Source of the DNA: Puccinia triticina
Lineage: Eukaryota
Direction of reading: 5' to 3'
Assembly (NCBI GenBank): GCA_026914245.1
Contig: CP110439.1
Coordinates: forward strand, 2,728,001-2,792,000
DNA: 64,000 bases
Part shown: piece by piece, positions 13,240 to 25,571 of the stretch
How positions within the stretch are numbered: position 1 is the first letter of the stretch
Layout of the letters: every line of letters starts with the position of its first letter
Made by a program: the position numbers and the translations under genes
The notes under the pieces: model-generated
What the model saw: the letters and a program-made list of their open reading frames with translations, nothing else
The model's database searches: none
Told to the model about the DNA's origin: nothing

Positions 13240-15221
13240 GCGACAAAGGGGAGTGCAACTAAAGCAGCAAGAAGCTGTGAGTGGGATGACACTGAAGCGA
13301 CGACACGAGCGAGGTGGGAGCACACCTAACTTGACACAAGTCCCCCCTGGTGGGAGGCTCGCTGTGGCTGGCCGCGAAGCGGCGAGCTTAACAAAGCCTC
13401 TCCAAGGAGGCGCGAAGCGTCTGCGAAGGAGAGGCTTACCTCTAAAGTCACACCACTGGCCCTACAGACTCGAGAATTTCTGGCATAAAAACACATATTT
13501 TCTTTTCAAAATGTTTTTAAAAATGTAGTTTTTAGTTTGAAAAAAATCTGAGGAGACAGACTTGTAGCCTGCAATCTCAGCTTCAATTTCAGAGTTTTTT
13601 ACCTAGCTGACACACATAATTACTAGCCCACTCCACCTACTGTGAAGTGGTTCTGGAGAGGTGATCCAGCGGTTTTTGAGCGCAAAATTTGAAATTCCCT
13701 GAGCCCGCGCAGGCTCGAAGGGGGGGATTGGGAACAGAAATCCACCATGTAACAACATTTACAGGACATTTCTTACAAGGGGGGATGGATATGGGGGAGT
13801 TTGAAGTGGGGGAAAATAAGCTAAGAAGCTGGTGATTGTAATGGTGCCAAAGGCAAGGAGAGATTCGGAAGTCTAGAGGGTGATATTGGGGAAAATGGGG
13901 GAGCGTAGGGTCCTCCCTGCCATTTGTCTCGATCCTGTAGGGCCAGACATGCGACTTTAGAGGCAATTCCCTCCTTCAGAGGTCGCTACGCTCCCCCGAG
14001 GAGGGTACGCTTGTGTTAAGTTCGGCGAAGCGGCCCCTCCTGCAGGGAGGGACTTGTGCACAAAGTCAAAATTTTGGCTGAGAAAGAAATCACCAATGGC
14101 TGGAGGAAAAATACTTAGCATCACCCAGCCTCCCCCTCAGCTCCTATGGACCTGCCCCAGAGCCAAATTACACTTCTCAATCTCAGCTTTCAAATGGTGC
14201 TGGTCTCATCTCCCCAATCCTTATCATTTTTGCTGTACTAATGTTTTAAAAATAAAAAAAAACACAAAGGAATGTAAACCAAGGAATTACAACCATCATG
14301 CCTTGTGGATATTGGATTCACAAGCCTGCAGATATCTGCAGATCCTACACCTGTAGCCACCCAATTGTTACAGATAGGATATTCAATTGTGCATATTATC
14401 AGAAAATCCAAAATTGGATCTTCAGTGCAATGGAATATCCTCCAGGATTCCTTTGACCTCCAAAACGGATTCCTTCAATCAGTTTTGGAGTTTATGCCTC
14501 ATAAACTTGGGGGAGGGTGCCCATCAGTACTGCCAAGAAAACTGTCTATTCAGTTTTTCTTGTACATATTTTGGTGAATTTTAAATTGTGTTTTTGTGTT
14601 TTTTGGATTGAAAATCCTTCCTTTGTCTGCCAGCCTGCAGAAATTATTTATAAGCCTCTCCTACGGAGAGTCCTCCAGGCGGGGTCCCCCGGACCCTCCG
14701 TTTGAGAGGCTTAGTTAAGCTAGGGAGCACACCTAAAGCAGCAAGAAGCTGTGCGTGGGATGACACTGAAGCGACAACATGAGCGAGGTGGGAGCACACC
14801 TAGAACCAAGTGAGGATGATGTTTGAATGAGTTTGATGCTGAATACAATGAAGTGAAAAGATTGAAAACAACAACCGATATACTGACCTAAAGCAGCAAG
14901 AAGCTGTGAGTGGGATGACACTGAAGCGACAACACGAGCGAGGTGGGAGCACACCTAAGACAAGAACAAGGATGAGGTGAGAACATGAGAACAAAGGTGA
15001 TGAGACAAGATCATACCTAGAACCGAGTGAGGATGATGTTTGAATGAGTTTGATGATGAATACAATGAAGTGAAAAGAGTGAAAACAACTACAAGCTAGG
15101 TAGACGGAAACACTACAGTAACACTTAGGGTTGATGAGTATCATCATCTGAGTTCAAACCTAATTGGTCTAAGTCCGCAGCACGGCGCATGAGAGTATGC
15201 TCGTCTCTATATGCCTCAATA
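13240..15221 (-). mobile_element. Copia-type LTR with internal ~67-bp repeats, interrupted by TIR elements
   Basis: Unit aagcagcaagaagctgtgagtgggatgacactgaagcgac..gagcgaggtgggagcacaccta occurs at ~13262, 14735 and 14890. Minus strand starts tattgagg and shares tactcatcaacc...tgtagtg and taggtgtgct with the LTR at 19070. Left boundary is approximate. Confidence 0.55.
13329..14066. mobile_element. TIR element (MITE) with long imperfect TIRs
   Basis: Left end acttgacacaagtccc...cctctaaagtcacaccactggccctacag; inverted right end ctgtagggccagacatgcgactttagagg...gggacttgtgcacaaagt. Confidence 0.6.
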
Positions 15222-15421
15222 GCACTACCACTGGCAAGGAGGAGTGTGTAAATAGAAAGCAACCCAAGCTGTGGTTTGGCCAGCAAGACGGGCCCAAACA
15301 CTTGAAATTTGGATACATACCAACATATCATTGGAAAACGTACGGGCATTACTGACATTGCTGTATCATGAGACCCAAAACTCTGGTGGAAGCGGGAGTT
15401 TCAAGTTTTCATACATGCTAA

Positions 15422-16296
15422 CACCAGGAAAATAAAATAGTCAGTTGATGACAAGTGACATCACACCAGCTCCAGCCAGCTACCCACCATCTATCCAATA
15501 TCTATCCACTATCTACCCCAATCTCCCACCCATCTCCTCAACTTCCAAAATTTGCCAAGGAGGTCCTGTTCAGTTTTTGATGAGCCCAACTGATACTTAG
15601 TTCTGTCCAGCTGATACTCAGCTTTGGTACCCAGCTCATAATCAGCTTTTTTGCCGCTCATAATTACTCAGCTTTTTTGCGCAGGTCACTCTCAGAATTG
15701 GAATAAAGCCTTTTGACCAGTCATTTCCCAGGTGATGCTCAGCTTTGTACTATTCCTGGTGCAGCTGATGCTCAGCTTTGTAAGAGTCTTTGCTCAGCCT
15801 TTTCCTAGTCCTGTCCCAGCTGACACTCAGCTTTGACCCAGTCCTGGGCCAGCTGGCCAGCTGATGCTCAGCTTGCTGAGTATCAGCTGAGCTAGGCCAG
15901 GTAAAAAGATGGGAATCAGCTTGGACAGGATCAGAGCTGAAAATAAGCTAGGCTAGGGCCAAAGATGAGCATCAGCTGAGCCACGGCCAAGGCTGAGCAT
16001 CAGCTGTGCCAGGGCCAAAGATGATCATCAGGTGGCCAGTTCCAAAGCTGAGCATCAGCTGGGCCAGGGGAAAAACTGAGCATCAGCTGAGCCAGGGTAA
16101 AAGCTGAGAATCAGCTGGGCCAGGGTCAAAGCTGAGCATCATCTGGTTTTTTCACATTGAGTGCTTTGATCCTGACACCTATCATTTGAGCCCTAGATGT
16201 GTTGGTGCAGAGGAGCAGCATTGGAGCAGTGTTGGAGCTGGAAACAAAGCTGTGTCATGTCACTTGCCATCAAGTGACTACTTTTTTTTCCTGGTG
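15422..16296. mobile_element. Non-autonomous TIR element with CACCAG termini, TAA TSD and inverted subterminal repeats
   Basis: taa|caccaggaaaa..tagtcagttgatgacaagtgacat ... atgtcacttgccatcaagtgacta..ttcctggtg|taa. Left half repeats cagctgatgctcagcttt; right half repeats aaagctgagcatcagctg. Confidence 0.8.
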
Positions 16297-16939
16297 TAAC
16301 TGTGGAAAGATATGAAGACAATGCGGTGGAAGCGGCCAGGGAGATATTGGGCCCTGAGTTTTTCAAATCCTATCAGGCAAACCAAACCCAGATTGGAGAA
16401 AATAGCGCTGGTCCTAACTTTGAAAGCACCTCAACCAGCGAGTTGAGCGGAGTTGAGCCCATGTTTATTTGGTTTTTGTTTCCAGGAAATGCCAAAAAGA
16501 TACCAACCACATCAGGATCATCTTGGGACAAAAAATCAATTTGGATACCTATCCGCTGAATTACATCAGGAGCATTTTGCAAAAAAATGTCTGGATACGT
16601 GTGACATATGTCGGCTTGGTAGGGGCTCTCCGGGGACTTCACTCCCAGTATTAACGCTGAAACAAATACAATAAATGGAGTGTATCTGGTAAACATTTTT
16701 CATTGAAGATGCAGAACTACATGCCCTATTTGCCATACTAGAGTTCAGAGGCAGCTGCGCCGCCTACATTTTCATGTTATCAATTAATTTCCACTGACTC
16801 TAAATTATTATACAAGTATCTCATTTCAGTTCACATAATAGTACAAGAAAATTGCAAAAATGCGGATTTCTTGACAACACTTACAGCCCTATCATTTTGA
16901 CCCTCTGAAAGTTGTACTACTAACAGATTCCCCACATCA

Positions 16940-17480
16940 CGTTCACAAGATAAGCCAACATACAATTGGCCATGGCCAAACACCTAATTATGTAGGACCA
17001 ATGGCAAATGCCACTTGTCTCATGCTTTGCCCTTGACATTTATTAATAGTCATGGCAAAAGCTAGAGCAACAGGAAATTGATACCAGTAGAAAGAAATTT
17101 TAACATATGAATCCCCCTCGTGAAAAAGGGTTATTTGTGAGATTGTGACTTACTTTCCTTGTAGAGGTCCGGTCAAAATCCTAGCTTCAAGAGCATTTGG
17201 CCGAACCTTTAAAAGCAGTAATCTTGTGCTATTACATAGGCCTTTGTCAATGCTTAGATTCCGCAATAAAAAAATTTGACATCCTGGTTTGAGTTTGAGG
17301 AGGTGGTCCGGAAACCCGTGGAAGTTGATTCTGGCGAAGCCTTCTGGGTTTAAAGTTTCCATAAAATCTTCATTTGGCCTGTCAACAGAGGTTGATAGCA
17401 TTTCATCCCCATGGAGAGTGTTAAGCATTTGCCTATTGATGAAATTTGAGTCCTTGTTTAATGGCGTCAAGATACATCAC
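16940..17480 (-). mobile_element. Helitron/Pif1-type helicase remnant (C-terminal motifs, frameshifted)
   Basis: PDHLLKLKPGCQIFLLRNLSIDKGLCNSTRL, then YQFPVALAFAMTINKCQGQS and VFGHGQLYVGLS in shifted frames. Confidence 0.85.
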
Positions 17481-17824
17481 TCTTCTGGATAATTTGTGTA
17501 TGCTCCAACATCTAGTCTTGTCTTTGAATTGATATCTCAAAAGCACCAATACATTCTCCTGATTGTGCAATCAACCAGTAGCGCGTACAACTCCAGCTTC
17601 ACTCCAGGTAGTGCTATTGGCCCTATATTGCTATCTTGGCATAAGCCCCCTAGCCCCAAGCAAACATTTTCCTTGAATGAATAGGTACCTTCTTCCCTAT
17701 AGCTTCTACCAGGCCAAAATACATTTGAGCTTTGATTACTGCTTGATTTTGTTTGAACCAGTTCAGTCACTTTTGAAAATATTGCCAGCCATCCTGTACA
17801 GTTTTGCGTAAGGGTTGTGAGCAT

Positions 17825-18608
17825 TGTGGTGATTTATATAGGCGAGCGCGGTAGAATGTCCACGTGGGGATAGCGCGGGCGGGGAATGCACAAAGCCGCT
17901 CAGGCAGAGTGCATTCCGGTGACATAAGCACTGAGGATGAGGTCAGGAAAGCACGCTAGGAAAAGCTTACGGAAAGTCACGCGCGGACTGGAATGCACGG
18001 ATTGCGGATTTTGGATTGGGTGTTCAGATCGGAGCGGAAAAGACAGGGCTGGACTGCGGCGGGACTACACACGTGGACTGGTAGCAGCGGCGCGTCAGCG
18101 GGTGAGCCATGACAGCCGGAGCGGGTTCCACCAGCGGGTGGAACCGGGGTGAAGGTGGTGGCGAGAGAACGACTGACGGGGGCTAGACAGAGGACGGTGG
18201 GAGGACAAGCGTTGGAGAGGAGCGGAGTCTGGGAGAGTGACAAGCGGGATAGCAGGCGGAGCTGGAGGACTAGTGCGGGAAAGTGTCAGGCGTGCGGGAT
18301 CGGGTGGGAACGGTGACAAGCGTGGAGGGAAGGATGGGGGGTGGCTGAGGGTTTTCTCTTTTTCCTTTCTTTATCCTATTATCCTATCATCTTACGGATT
18401 ACTCATCATTGTACTTACAACTACAGAGGTACTAGAGTTATTAGGAGATTATCTGTGTTCTTATTCTTATTCGAGAGATACTTGCGGATTTTGTGCTTAC
18501 GAAGTGCGGAGCTTTATTCACTTGCGGATTATTACGCTATAGATCAGGCTCAGTAGAGGAGCGCTGAAGGCTAGCGGAAATTAGCAGTGCAGAGCCAAGT
18601 TACCAACA
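17825..18608. mobile_element. Probable solo LTR
   Basis: tgtggtg...taccaaca ends. Purine-rich then T-rich noncoding interior. TSD does not match. Confidence 0.4.
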
Positions 18609-21600
18609 ATCACACAGCCAGGACATCAATATTCTTGAAGGAGGCGGTTAGCGGAAATTCTTCACCAACTAACCAGCTTTCATTCTCACAGCATACATGA
18701 AAGATTGCAGCTTTAGGATGATTTAGCATCCACATGATTCCTTGTGGTCTGATTAGCACAGGCTCCTAAAGCACATTCTCTACGGTGCTCCGCTTCCTCC
18801 AAACCTCATTCCCTGACAACAAAAATCTGAGCAAAAATTTCAGGTTGAATGGGGCCAATCTGATGGCTGAGACCTCCCTGGATCCTGAAAACTGGAGCGC
18901 CAGCAATATTTGCGGCCTGATCACTGAGAGTAAAAACCAGTGACATAAATTAAGGGGCCGGCTTTATGCACTCCAAATATTTACTACATGCACTCCAAAA
19001 AAGGAGTGAACTTGTGTCTACTCCAATAAATTTTGGAGTGAGAAAAGTTTCACTCCAAAAGTGGGCTATATATTTGAGTTCCTCAGTAGTAGCATACTCA
19101 TCAACCGGTCATGTAGTGATAGATTGAGTTGTAAACCTAGATGAAACCTAGTTGAATGTTGTTTTAAATAGTCATTGTGTACCGCTCTCTATTTCTTTTC
19201 TTCATTCAATCACTCATCGTTGTTTCCAACTCATCTTGCACAATAGGTGTGCTTGCTGGTCTTTCCTCAAGTAGCTTGTGTCGTGTGCTCACTTCTCTCG
19301 CTGGTCTTCGTAAAGGTTCATTGTTTTCTTTTCTGTTTCTTTCATTTCACTCTCATGAAATCCATTCAATCACTCATTGTTGTTTCCAACTCATCTCGCA
19401 CAATAGGTGTGCTCGCTGGTCTTTCCTCAAGTAGCTTGTGTCGTGTGCTCACTTCTCTCGCTGGTCTTTGTAAAGGTGTGCTCGCTGGTCTTTCCTCAAG
19501 TAGCTTGTGTCGTGTGCTCACTTCTCTCGCTGGTCTTCGTAAAGACCTTCTGCGCCTCTCCTTTCTATAGGTTATGAGCCCAGAGTCCTTACTCTAAGGA
19601 CGCGCTTTTCAAATCACACGACAAATACCCAACCCTGCAATGTCTGAATCCAAGACCACTATCCCCAATCTCTTGAAAGTCGACTTTCCAACTTGGAAAC
19701 AGAAGATCCTGGGATACTGTCAGCAGCTGGGATTCAAATCGTACTTGACAGCCTCAGTAGCACCTGCTGGTACCGATGCAGCCGGTCTGGTTCAGTTCAA
19801 TCTCAACCAATCGAAAACGGCCGGTATTCTCCTCTCTCATATGGGAATCAGTAACTTCAATTGATTTGTTACTGACACCAACGAAGAGAACCCGGTCGAG
19901 CTGTGGAAACTCCTCACCGACCATTACAAGGCTAAAACCGAGGGCAATCAATCCAAGGTTTATAATGAGTTCCTAGAGTCACCCTACAAGAACGACCTGG
20001 CCACTTACCTTGACAGCGTCAACCAGCACATCAAGTTGATGACTTCGGCGGGGATGAAATTTACCGGACCCAACCTTGACATCAAAGAGACGTACATTGC
20101 AGAAACAATCGTACTCAAGCTTCCAGACAAGTATGCGACTGCAAGAGATTTGCTCTATGCTCAACGACCACTGACCATCAAACAAGTCATCAAGGCACTT
20201 GACAATACTTGTCAAAATGCTAAGCTCACCTCGGTTACCATCAAAACCAAAGACACCGCCATGGCCGCCTCCTTGAAAAAGAAGGGCAAAGCCAAGCGAG
20301 AATACTGCTCAGGATGTAAACACAATCCAAAAGCAGATCATGCTGAAAAAGACTGCTGGCAACTCGGCAAGTCCTCAAAGAGCGCGAAGAAAGCTCAGGC
20401 AGATGAAGACTCAGACAGCGGTGATTCTAGATCAACCGGGAACGGATTACGCTGTACCATCAAAGCTTTCGCAGCCATCAACACACCGAACATGTGTTAC
20501 CTCGATAGTGGAGCTTCTCATCATATTTTTACCAACAAGACCTTGTTCAAAGATTATCGAGCAAAAACTAGTCAAGTCAAGCTGGCAGATGGAAACACGC
20601 TTCAAGTGAAAGGAAGCGGATTCGTCAACATCATTGCCAAAAACAAGAAAATCATCCCGTTGAAGGCCCTTCACGTTCCTGGATTAAGCGCAACGCTAAT
20701 AAGTCTGGGTCGCTTGTATGAGCGAGGCTGTGAAATCAAGAGAACCAGCAACAACTCCTTCATACTCGTCAGAGATGGAGAAGTAATTCTCAAGACATCG
20801 ATCTCCGGAGGAACCTGTGTGGTTCATTTAACGACCACTAGCAAAGGTCAGTCATCTTCAAGTTCCTTGGCTCAAATCTCAACGCTCACTGACGTCGATC
20901 TTCTTCATAGACGCGCCGGTCACTGCAGCAACGAGGCACTGAGGAGGATGTTTGGAATCTCTAATCTGTCCATCAAATGCGACTCATGCGCTATGTCCAA
21001 ATCGCATCGGCTTGTATTCCCTTCTCACATTCCCCCAGCTACTCATCCGCTTGAATCGGTCTACATGGACCTGAGCGGAAAGATCACCCCTTCCTCATTC
21101 GGCGGAAACCAGTACTATTTTAAAATCACGGACTGGTTTACACGCTATCGTCATGTCTTCCTTTTGTCATCCAAGTCTGATACATTTTCGAAATTTATTG
21201 AATATTACAATAATGTTACAACCTTTCATGGTCGGCCGATTAAGAACGTGATCTTTGATGGAGGAGGTGAATTCAACTCGAGCGAGTTTACGGTATTCTT
21301 GAAGTCAAAGGGCGTATCAATTCATGTGATGGCCCCTTACACCCCTCAGCAGAATGCCATTGCTGAGCGGGGAAATCAAACTACAAGCAAAAAGGCCCGT
21401 GCACTCCTCAAACAAGCTAATCTACCGGCAAAGTATTGGGGCGAAGCGGTCTCCACAGCAGTATTTCTGGAAAACATCACTCCTACTCGGAAATTGCAGT
21501 GGAAGACCCCACATGAGCTCTGGTTCGACTACCCATTTGATACTTCAAGATTACGCCTGTTTGGATGTAAGGCGTACATGAATATACCAAAGAAACTAAG

Positions 21601-22163
21601 GATTGGCAAGTTTGGCAATACTGCTAAACGTGGTATTATGGTTGGGTATCAGCTGGGAATGCATAACTGGCGCATTCTTCTCCCAGGAGGGAAGGTTGAG
21701 CGCTGCCATGACGTCTCCTTCGACAAAGCAGACTTCCCAGGAGTCTCCCTTCTCTCCTCAGCTGATACATCCGATGAATCCAAAACGGTTGACATAGCTG
21801 AATTTGAAGAACTCAAACATACTACTCTCATCCCTCAAACTGAAGAAGTTGCGGAAGTTCAAGAAGAAGCTACGTCAGAGTCAAACTCAGATGATTTCAA
21901 TCCGCAGGACTTAATCGGATCATCCAGCAATAACCATCAAGAACCACCAGTCCCGGCTTCTCCAGTCACCAGCACTCAGTCCAGGCCTCAGCCCGGCTGG
22001 GATATAGTTCTTGCTCCTGATAAAGCCCCAAAGGACATATCGTCGGCCATCGATGAATCAAATATCATCGAGCACCGTAGGCGCCGCGCTAACTTGTGCA
22101 TCTTTGACCAACTGGATGGGTTGATGCTAGATCATCTTCTTCCAGATCCCAACATCCATGCGG

Positions 22164-22973
22164 TGTGGTGGCCGCCCCGGTACACGTTTCAGGATCAAGA
22201 TTGGCAGCCGTAGCAAGACTCTCAAGCTCAAGACCTCACACACCCTCAACTTCAGGATTCCCTCTTCCTTTCCCCCTTCCCTTCTCTTCAATCCATCAAT
22301 CTCATCTTCTCCACTTCTCTATTTTCTTTCCCTTCCCCTATTCATTCTCACTTTCCCGTTTTTCTTTTTTCTTGGTCCTAACACAGTATAACTGTGGGTT
22401 TATTTGATCTTGTTTCTTTTTCACCTGCTTGATTTATCTCCTTCAGCCTCATTTGGTTTCAGATATTTTGTCTTCTCATCCGGCTCTCATCATTGTCCGG
22501 CTCATTGTTCTTTCTTTGTTTGGTGGTGGTTGATTTATTTCTCTTCCTGGTTTCATTTGATTCTTCTGTGTCATGTTTGTATGTAGGGAGATGATGACAT
22601 GTTTGTGACAGGCCTCCAGGATTCCAAGTCCAGCGCGGACTTGGAGGATAGGAGGCCATAGCATTCTGTACTGATCCAAGTCGGAGGCTATCAAATCTTA
22701 TTGATCTGATTATTGATTCTTGCCGATCCAACCCTGATTCTGCGCACCAAGCCTCTGATCTTGATTCCCAATATCTTTCTGAGTTCACCAAACAACACCG
22801 CCGATGAGAATCATACTCTCGTCGTATCAAAACCACTCTCTCAAACCCAAACGCTATCCATTTCGATCCCTTTTTTTTTCCGACTCCTCTCCGGACCACT
22901 CCAGAGGGCAGCTCCCCAGCATCTATCCCCCTCCCAGCGCTGCCGCCGGCCTAGCACCGGACGGAGCTCCATA
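22164..22973 (+). repeat. Gypsy 5' LTR (TG...TA)
   Basis: tgtggtggcc...ggagctccata, duplicated at 30097-30906. Confidence 0.95.
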
Positions 22974-22975
22974 TT

Positions 22976-23025
22976 TGGTCCCCCGAGCCGGGATCGAACC
23001 AGCGACCTCAAGATTTACAGTCTCG
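22976..23025 (+). promoter_or_regulatory. Extended primer-binding site: complement of mature tRNA-Tyr(GTA) nt 27-76
   Basis: Reverse complement reads cgaga-ctGTAaa-tcttg aggtc gctgg-ttcgatc-ccggc tcggggg a cca, i.e. anticodon arm, variable loop, T arm, acceptor 3' strand, A73 and CCA. Confidence 0.9.
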
Positions 23026-23426
23026 GACTGTGGTTTTGCGGTGCTTGGCGGCTCTCTTTATTTTGTTTGTTGGCTTTCCATCCCGGATCATCCTCCCTTC
23101 GATTTCCGAGTCCTCTTTCCCCTCGTCAATCTTCCACAAGACTCTCGGTCGATCGCCCCAGAAGGTCCACCCCCCACGAACCTTGTTTCAGGAACGGTCC
23201 GGACCTCGTTTCAGCGGATCGGAACCTCTCCTTCATCGATTTCCTCTCGATCTCGACCTTCTTTTCTAGGTTTGATTTGTGTTACCAGCGGGGCACAGGG
23301 GTATTAAAGTAAGTCCCCTCCAGTTAGTAGCACCTCCGAACTCTACATCGTGTCGAAAAACATCCCGCCACTCCGTGAGCCGCTCTCGATTTCCACTTTC
23401 TCCCCCCCCTCGCAGGTTTCCTTGCT

Positions 23427-25571
23427 ATGGCCGAATCCTCAACAGCTGGCAGCAAGATGAAGAAGATCAAGCCCCAGAACAGGACTTGGATCTTCGACGG
23501 AAAGGACGTGGAAGAGTTCATCGAATTCTATGAGCTGGCGGCTGATATCGATGAGGCTTCTGACCACGATCGCGCTCGTCAGGCCGGCTGTTTTGTCACG
23601 CCGGAGATTTTCAAAATCATTGTCACTCTCGATGGCTACAAGCCGCCGGACTGGGCGAAGCTGAAGGCCTCCATGCTTTCTTATTGGGGAAGGCTCGATA
23701 AGGCGCTCTACACGGAGCGAGATTTGGTAGCGCTTGTTTCGACGTGGCAAGGAAAGGGCGGCGTGGCGTCGGTCGCGGACTATCAGGAGTTCCAGAAGAC
23801 ATGGGGTCCCCTGCAGTCTTATCTAGTCTCGAAGAAGCACATCGACTCGGTTGAGGAAATCAGGAAGGACTTCTACCAAGCTTTTTCCCCCGGGCTCCAG
23901 GAGCGCATCCGCGATCAACTAATCAAGGACAAGTCGTTGGTAGTCACCCTCGACAACCGTCGACGTCTTCCCGAGTTTAAAATCCTTAAGGCGGCGGTTG
24001 ACGAGGTGATAAAGGGGCAGGTGGCTCTTACTTTTGAAGATTCCCGGTCTACCGCCCCGGTAGCTTCCCCGTTTCAGGCCTCAAACGACATCATGAAGCG
24101 GATGGGGGAGGAGCGCAGGCCTGCTCAGACCGCCTCGACTCCCGTGCCGTCAACCTCGATCGATGAGCTGACGAAGATGTTCCAGTCATTGGAACAGTAT
24201 CTGAAGAAGGAGCCGGCCTCAACCGCGACGGACCGACCAGCTATGATTTGCTTCTACTGTCATCGGGAGAGGCACGGCACCCTCCACTGTCGCGAACTTC
24301 AGGCTGACAAGGAGCAGGGCCTGGTCGAGCAGAGGGGGACCAACTTTTTCCTCCCTAACGGCGCCCTCATTCCGTTCGATCGCAGTCGACCAATCAGGCA
24401 CGTGGTGGCCACGTTTTCTGCCTCCAATCCATCTCGACCGTCGACGCCCACTCGTCAATCAGTCAACGCGGCTTCCTCGGAGTACAAGGCGGGCTGTGGA
24501 TCTCTAGAACCGATGTGGTACCCACCAGCGGTCTCATCTCAGTCGTTCGCTGGTACTTATGAAGCTGATCCGGCGGGCAGGAAACGCCATGAGGAGCCTA
24601 GACCCTTTAAGGCGCCATTAGCCCCGGCCTCGCAGGCGAGACGACCGATCCGAAAGCCATCTCGAGAGGAGGTGGAGCCCAGCAAGAGTGGCCCGGCGGA
24701 TGAGCCTGAGCTGTTTGATCGGATCATGAATGGACCCGACCCCGATGCTCCCGCCGCCAAGGGCGCTCCTAGCCGACCCGCTACCCCGCCCAAAGCTTCA
24801 GGATCCCAGCCTAAGGTGCGGTTCGAGCGGGATGTTCTCAGAGAGCAGCCCGAGGTAGTTACTGAGCTGCTGCGGACGATCGGTGATCTTGAAGTGCCAC
24901 GCGTGACTGTGTCCCAATTGTGCGCCGCCTCGCCGGCCGTTGCCGAAGGCGTGAAGAAGTGGGTGTCCCGTCGACGCGTGGAGGTGGGATCTGAGGAGCT
25001 GAAGGTTAACTCCGGTACTCTAGCGGAGGGAATTGACCCAGACGGTGAATTCGACCCCAATCTCTACTCCTGCCCACTTGGGTACCTTAACTGTAGTGTA
25101 TGTGAAGGAGAAGCGATTTCTTCTCCTCTGGTAGACTCAGGATCTCAGCTCAACCTCATCTCAGACACACTCGCGGTCAAGCTGAATCTCACACCTCGGG
25201 TAAACTTCAGTTCCGCCGTTTATGGGATCAACAATCAAGCCTGCGAGCTGATTGGAGTCGCGGAGGATGTTCCTATCCGGATCGGTCGATCTATCGTTGG
25301 ATCCTGCCACTTCTGGATCACTCGAGCGGACGGGCCTTTCATTCTTGGAAGGCCCTTTTTGATGGACTTCAAAGCTACCTTGATGTTCTCCCCAACGGCT
25401 GGGGAGAGGATCATCCTTCCGGACCCCAGTGGGCGTAACATCGAGGTGACACTGTGCCCAGTCGACAAAGGACGGTGGGAGCGTGAATTTCCAGCCTACG
25501 GCCGGAAGGGGGTGCTGGCCCATTGCGGTCGCATCCTCGAGGGCTCCTCGGAGGACTCGGCTTTTTTATGA
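23427..25571 (+). CDS. gag: Gypsy Gag-protease polyprotein (714 aa)
   Basis: Gag FDGKDVEEFIEFYE, zinc knuckle CFYCHRERHGTLHC, aspartic protease LVDSGSQ...FILGRPFL. Confidence 0.92.
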   Translation: MAESSTAGSKMKKIKPQNRTWIFDGKDVEEFIEFYELAADIDEASDHDRARQAGCFVTPEIFKIIVTLDGYKPPDWAKLKASMLSYWGRLDKALYTERDLVALVSTWQGKGGVASVADYQEFQKTWGPLQSYLVSKKHIDSVEEIRKDFYQAFSPGLQERIRDQLIKDKSLVVTLDNRRRLPEFKILKAAVDEVIKGQVALTFEDSRSTAPVASPFQASNDIMKRMGEERRPAQTASTPVPSTSIDELTKMFQSLEQYLKKEPASTATDRPAMICFYCHRERHGTLHCRELQADKEQGLVEQRGTNFFLPNGALIPFDRSRPIRHVVATFSASNPSRPSTPTRQSVNAASSEYKAGCGSLEPMWYPPAVSSQSFAGTYEADPAGRKRHEEPRPFKAPLAPASQARRPIRKPSREEVEPSKSGPADEPELFDRIMNGPDPDAPAAKGAPSRPATPPKASGSQPKVRFERDVLREQPEVVTELLRTIGDLEVPRVTVSQLCAASPAVAEGVKKWVSRRRVEVGSEELKVNSGTLAEGIDPDGEFDPNLYSCPLGYLNCSVCEGEAISSPLVDSGSQLNLISDTLAVKLNLTPRVNFSSAVYGINNQACELIGVAEDVPIRIGRSIVGSCHFWITRADGPFILGRPFLMDFKATLMFSPTAGERIILPDPSGRNIEVTLCPVDKGRWEREFPAYGRKGVLAHCGRILEGSSEDSAFL

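Noticed and set aside
22976..23025. A tRNA-Tyr gene on the minus strand
   Set aside because: The 5' 26 nt (acceptor 5' strand, D arm) are absent and CCA is encoded. Its position next to the LTR marks it as a PBS.
22158..23312. ORFs within the LTR and leader (duplicated at 30056-30837)
   Set aside because: Low-complexity LTR translations with no domain support.
23307..23381. Five-copy motif as a hammerhead, HDV, twister or hairpin ribozyme, or as a U1 snRNA fragment
   Set aside because: I could not place the catalytic cores by eye, and the U1 resemblance is limited to a few bases. Left unassigned.
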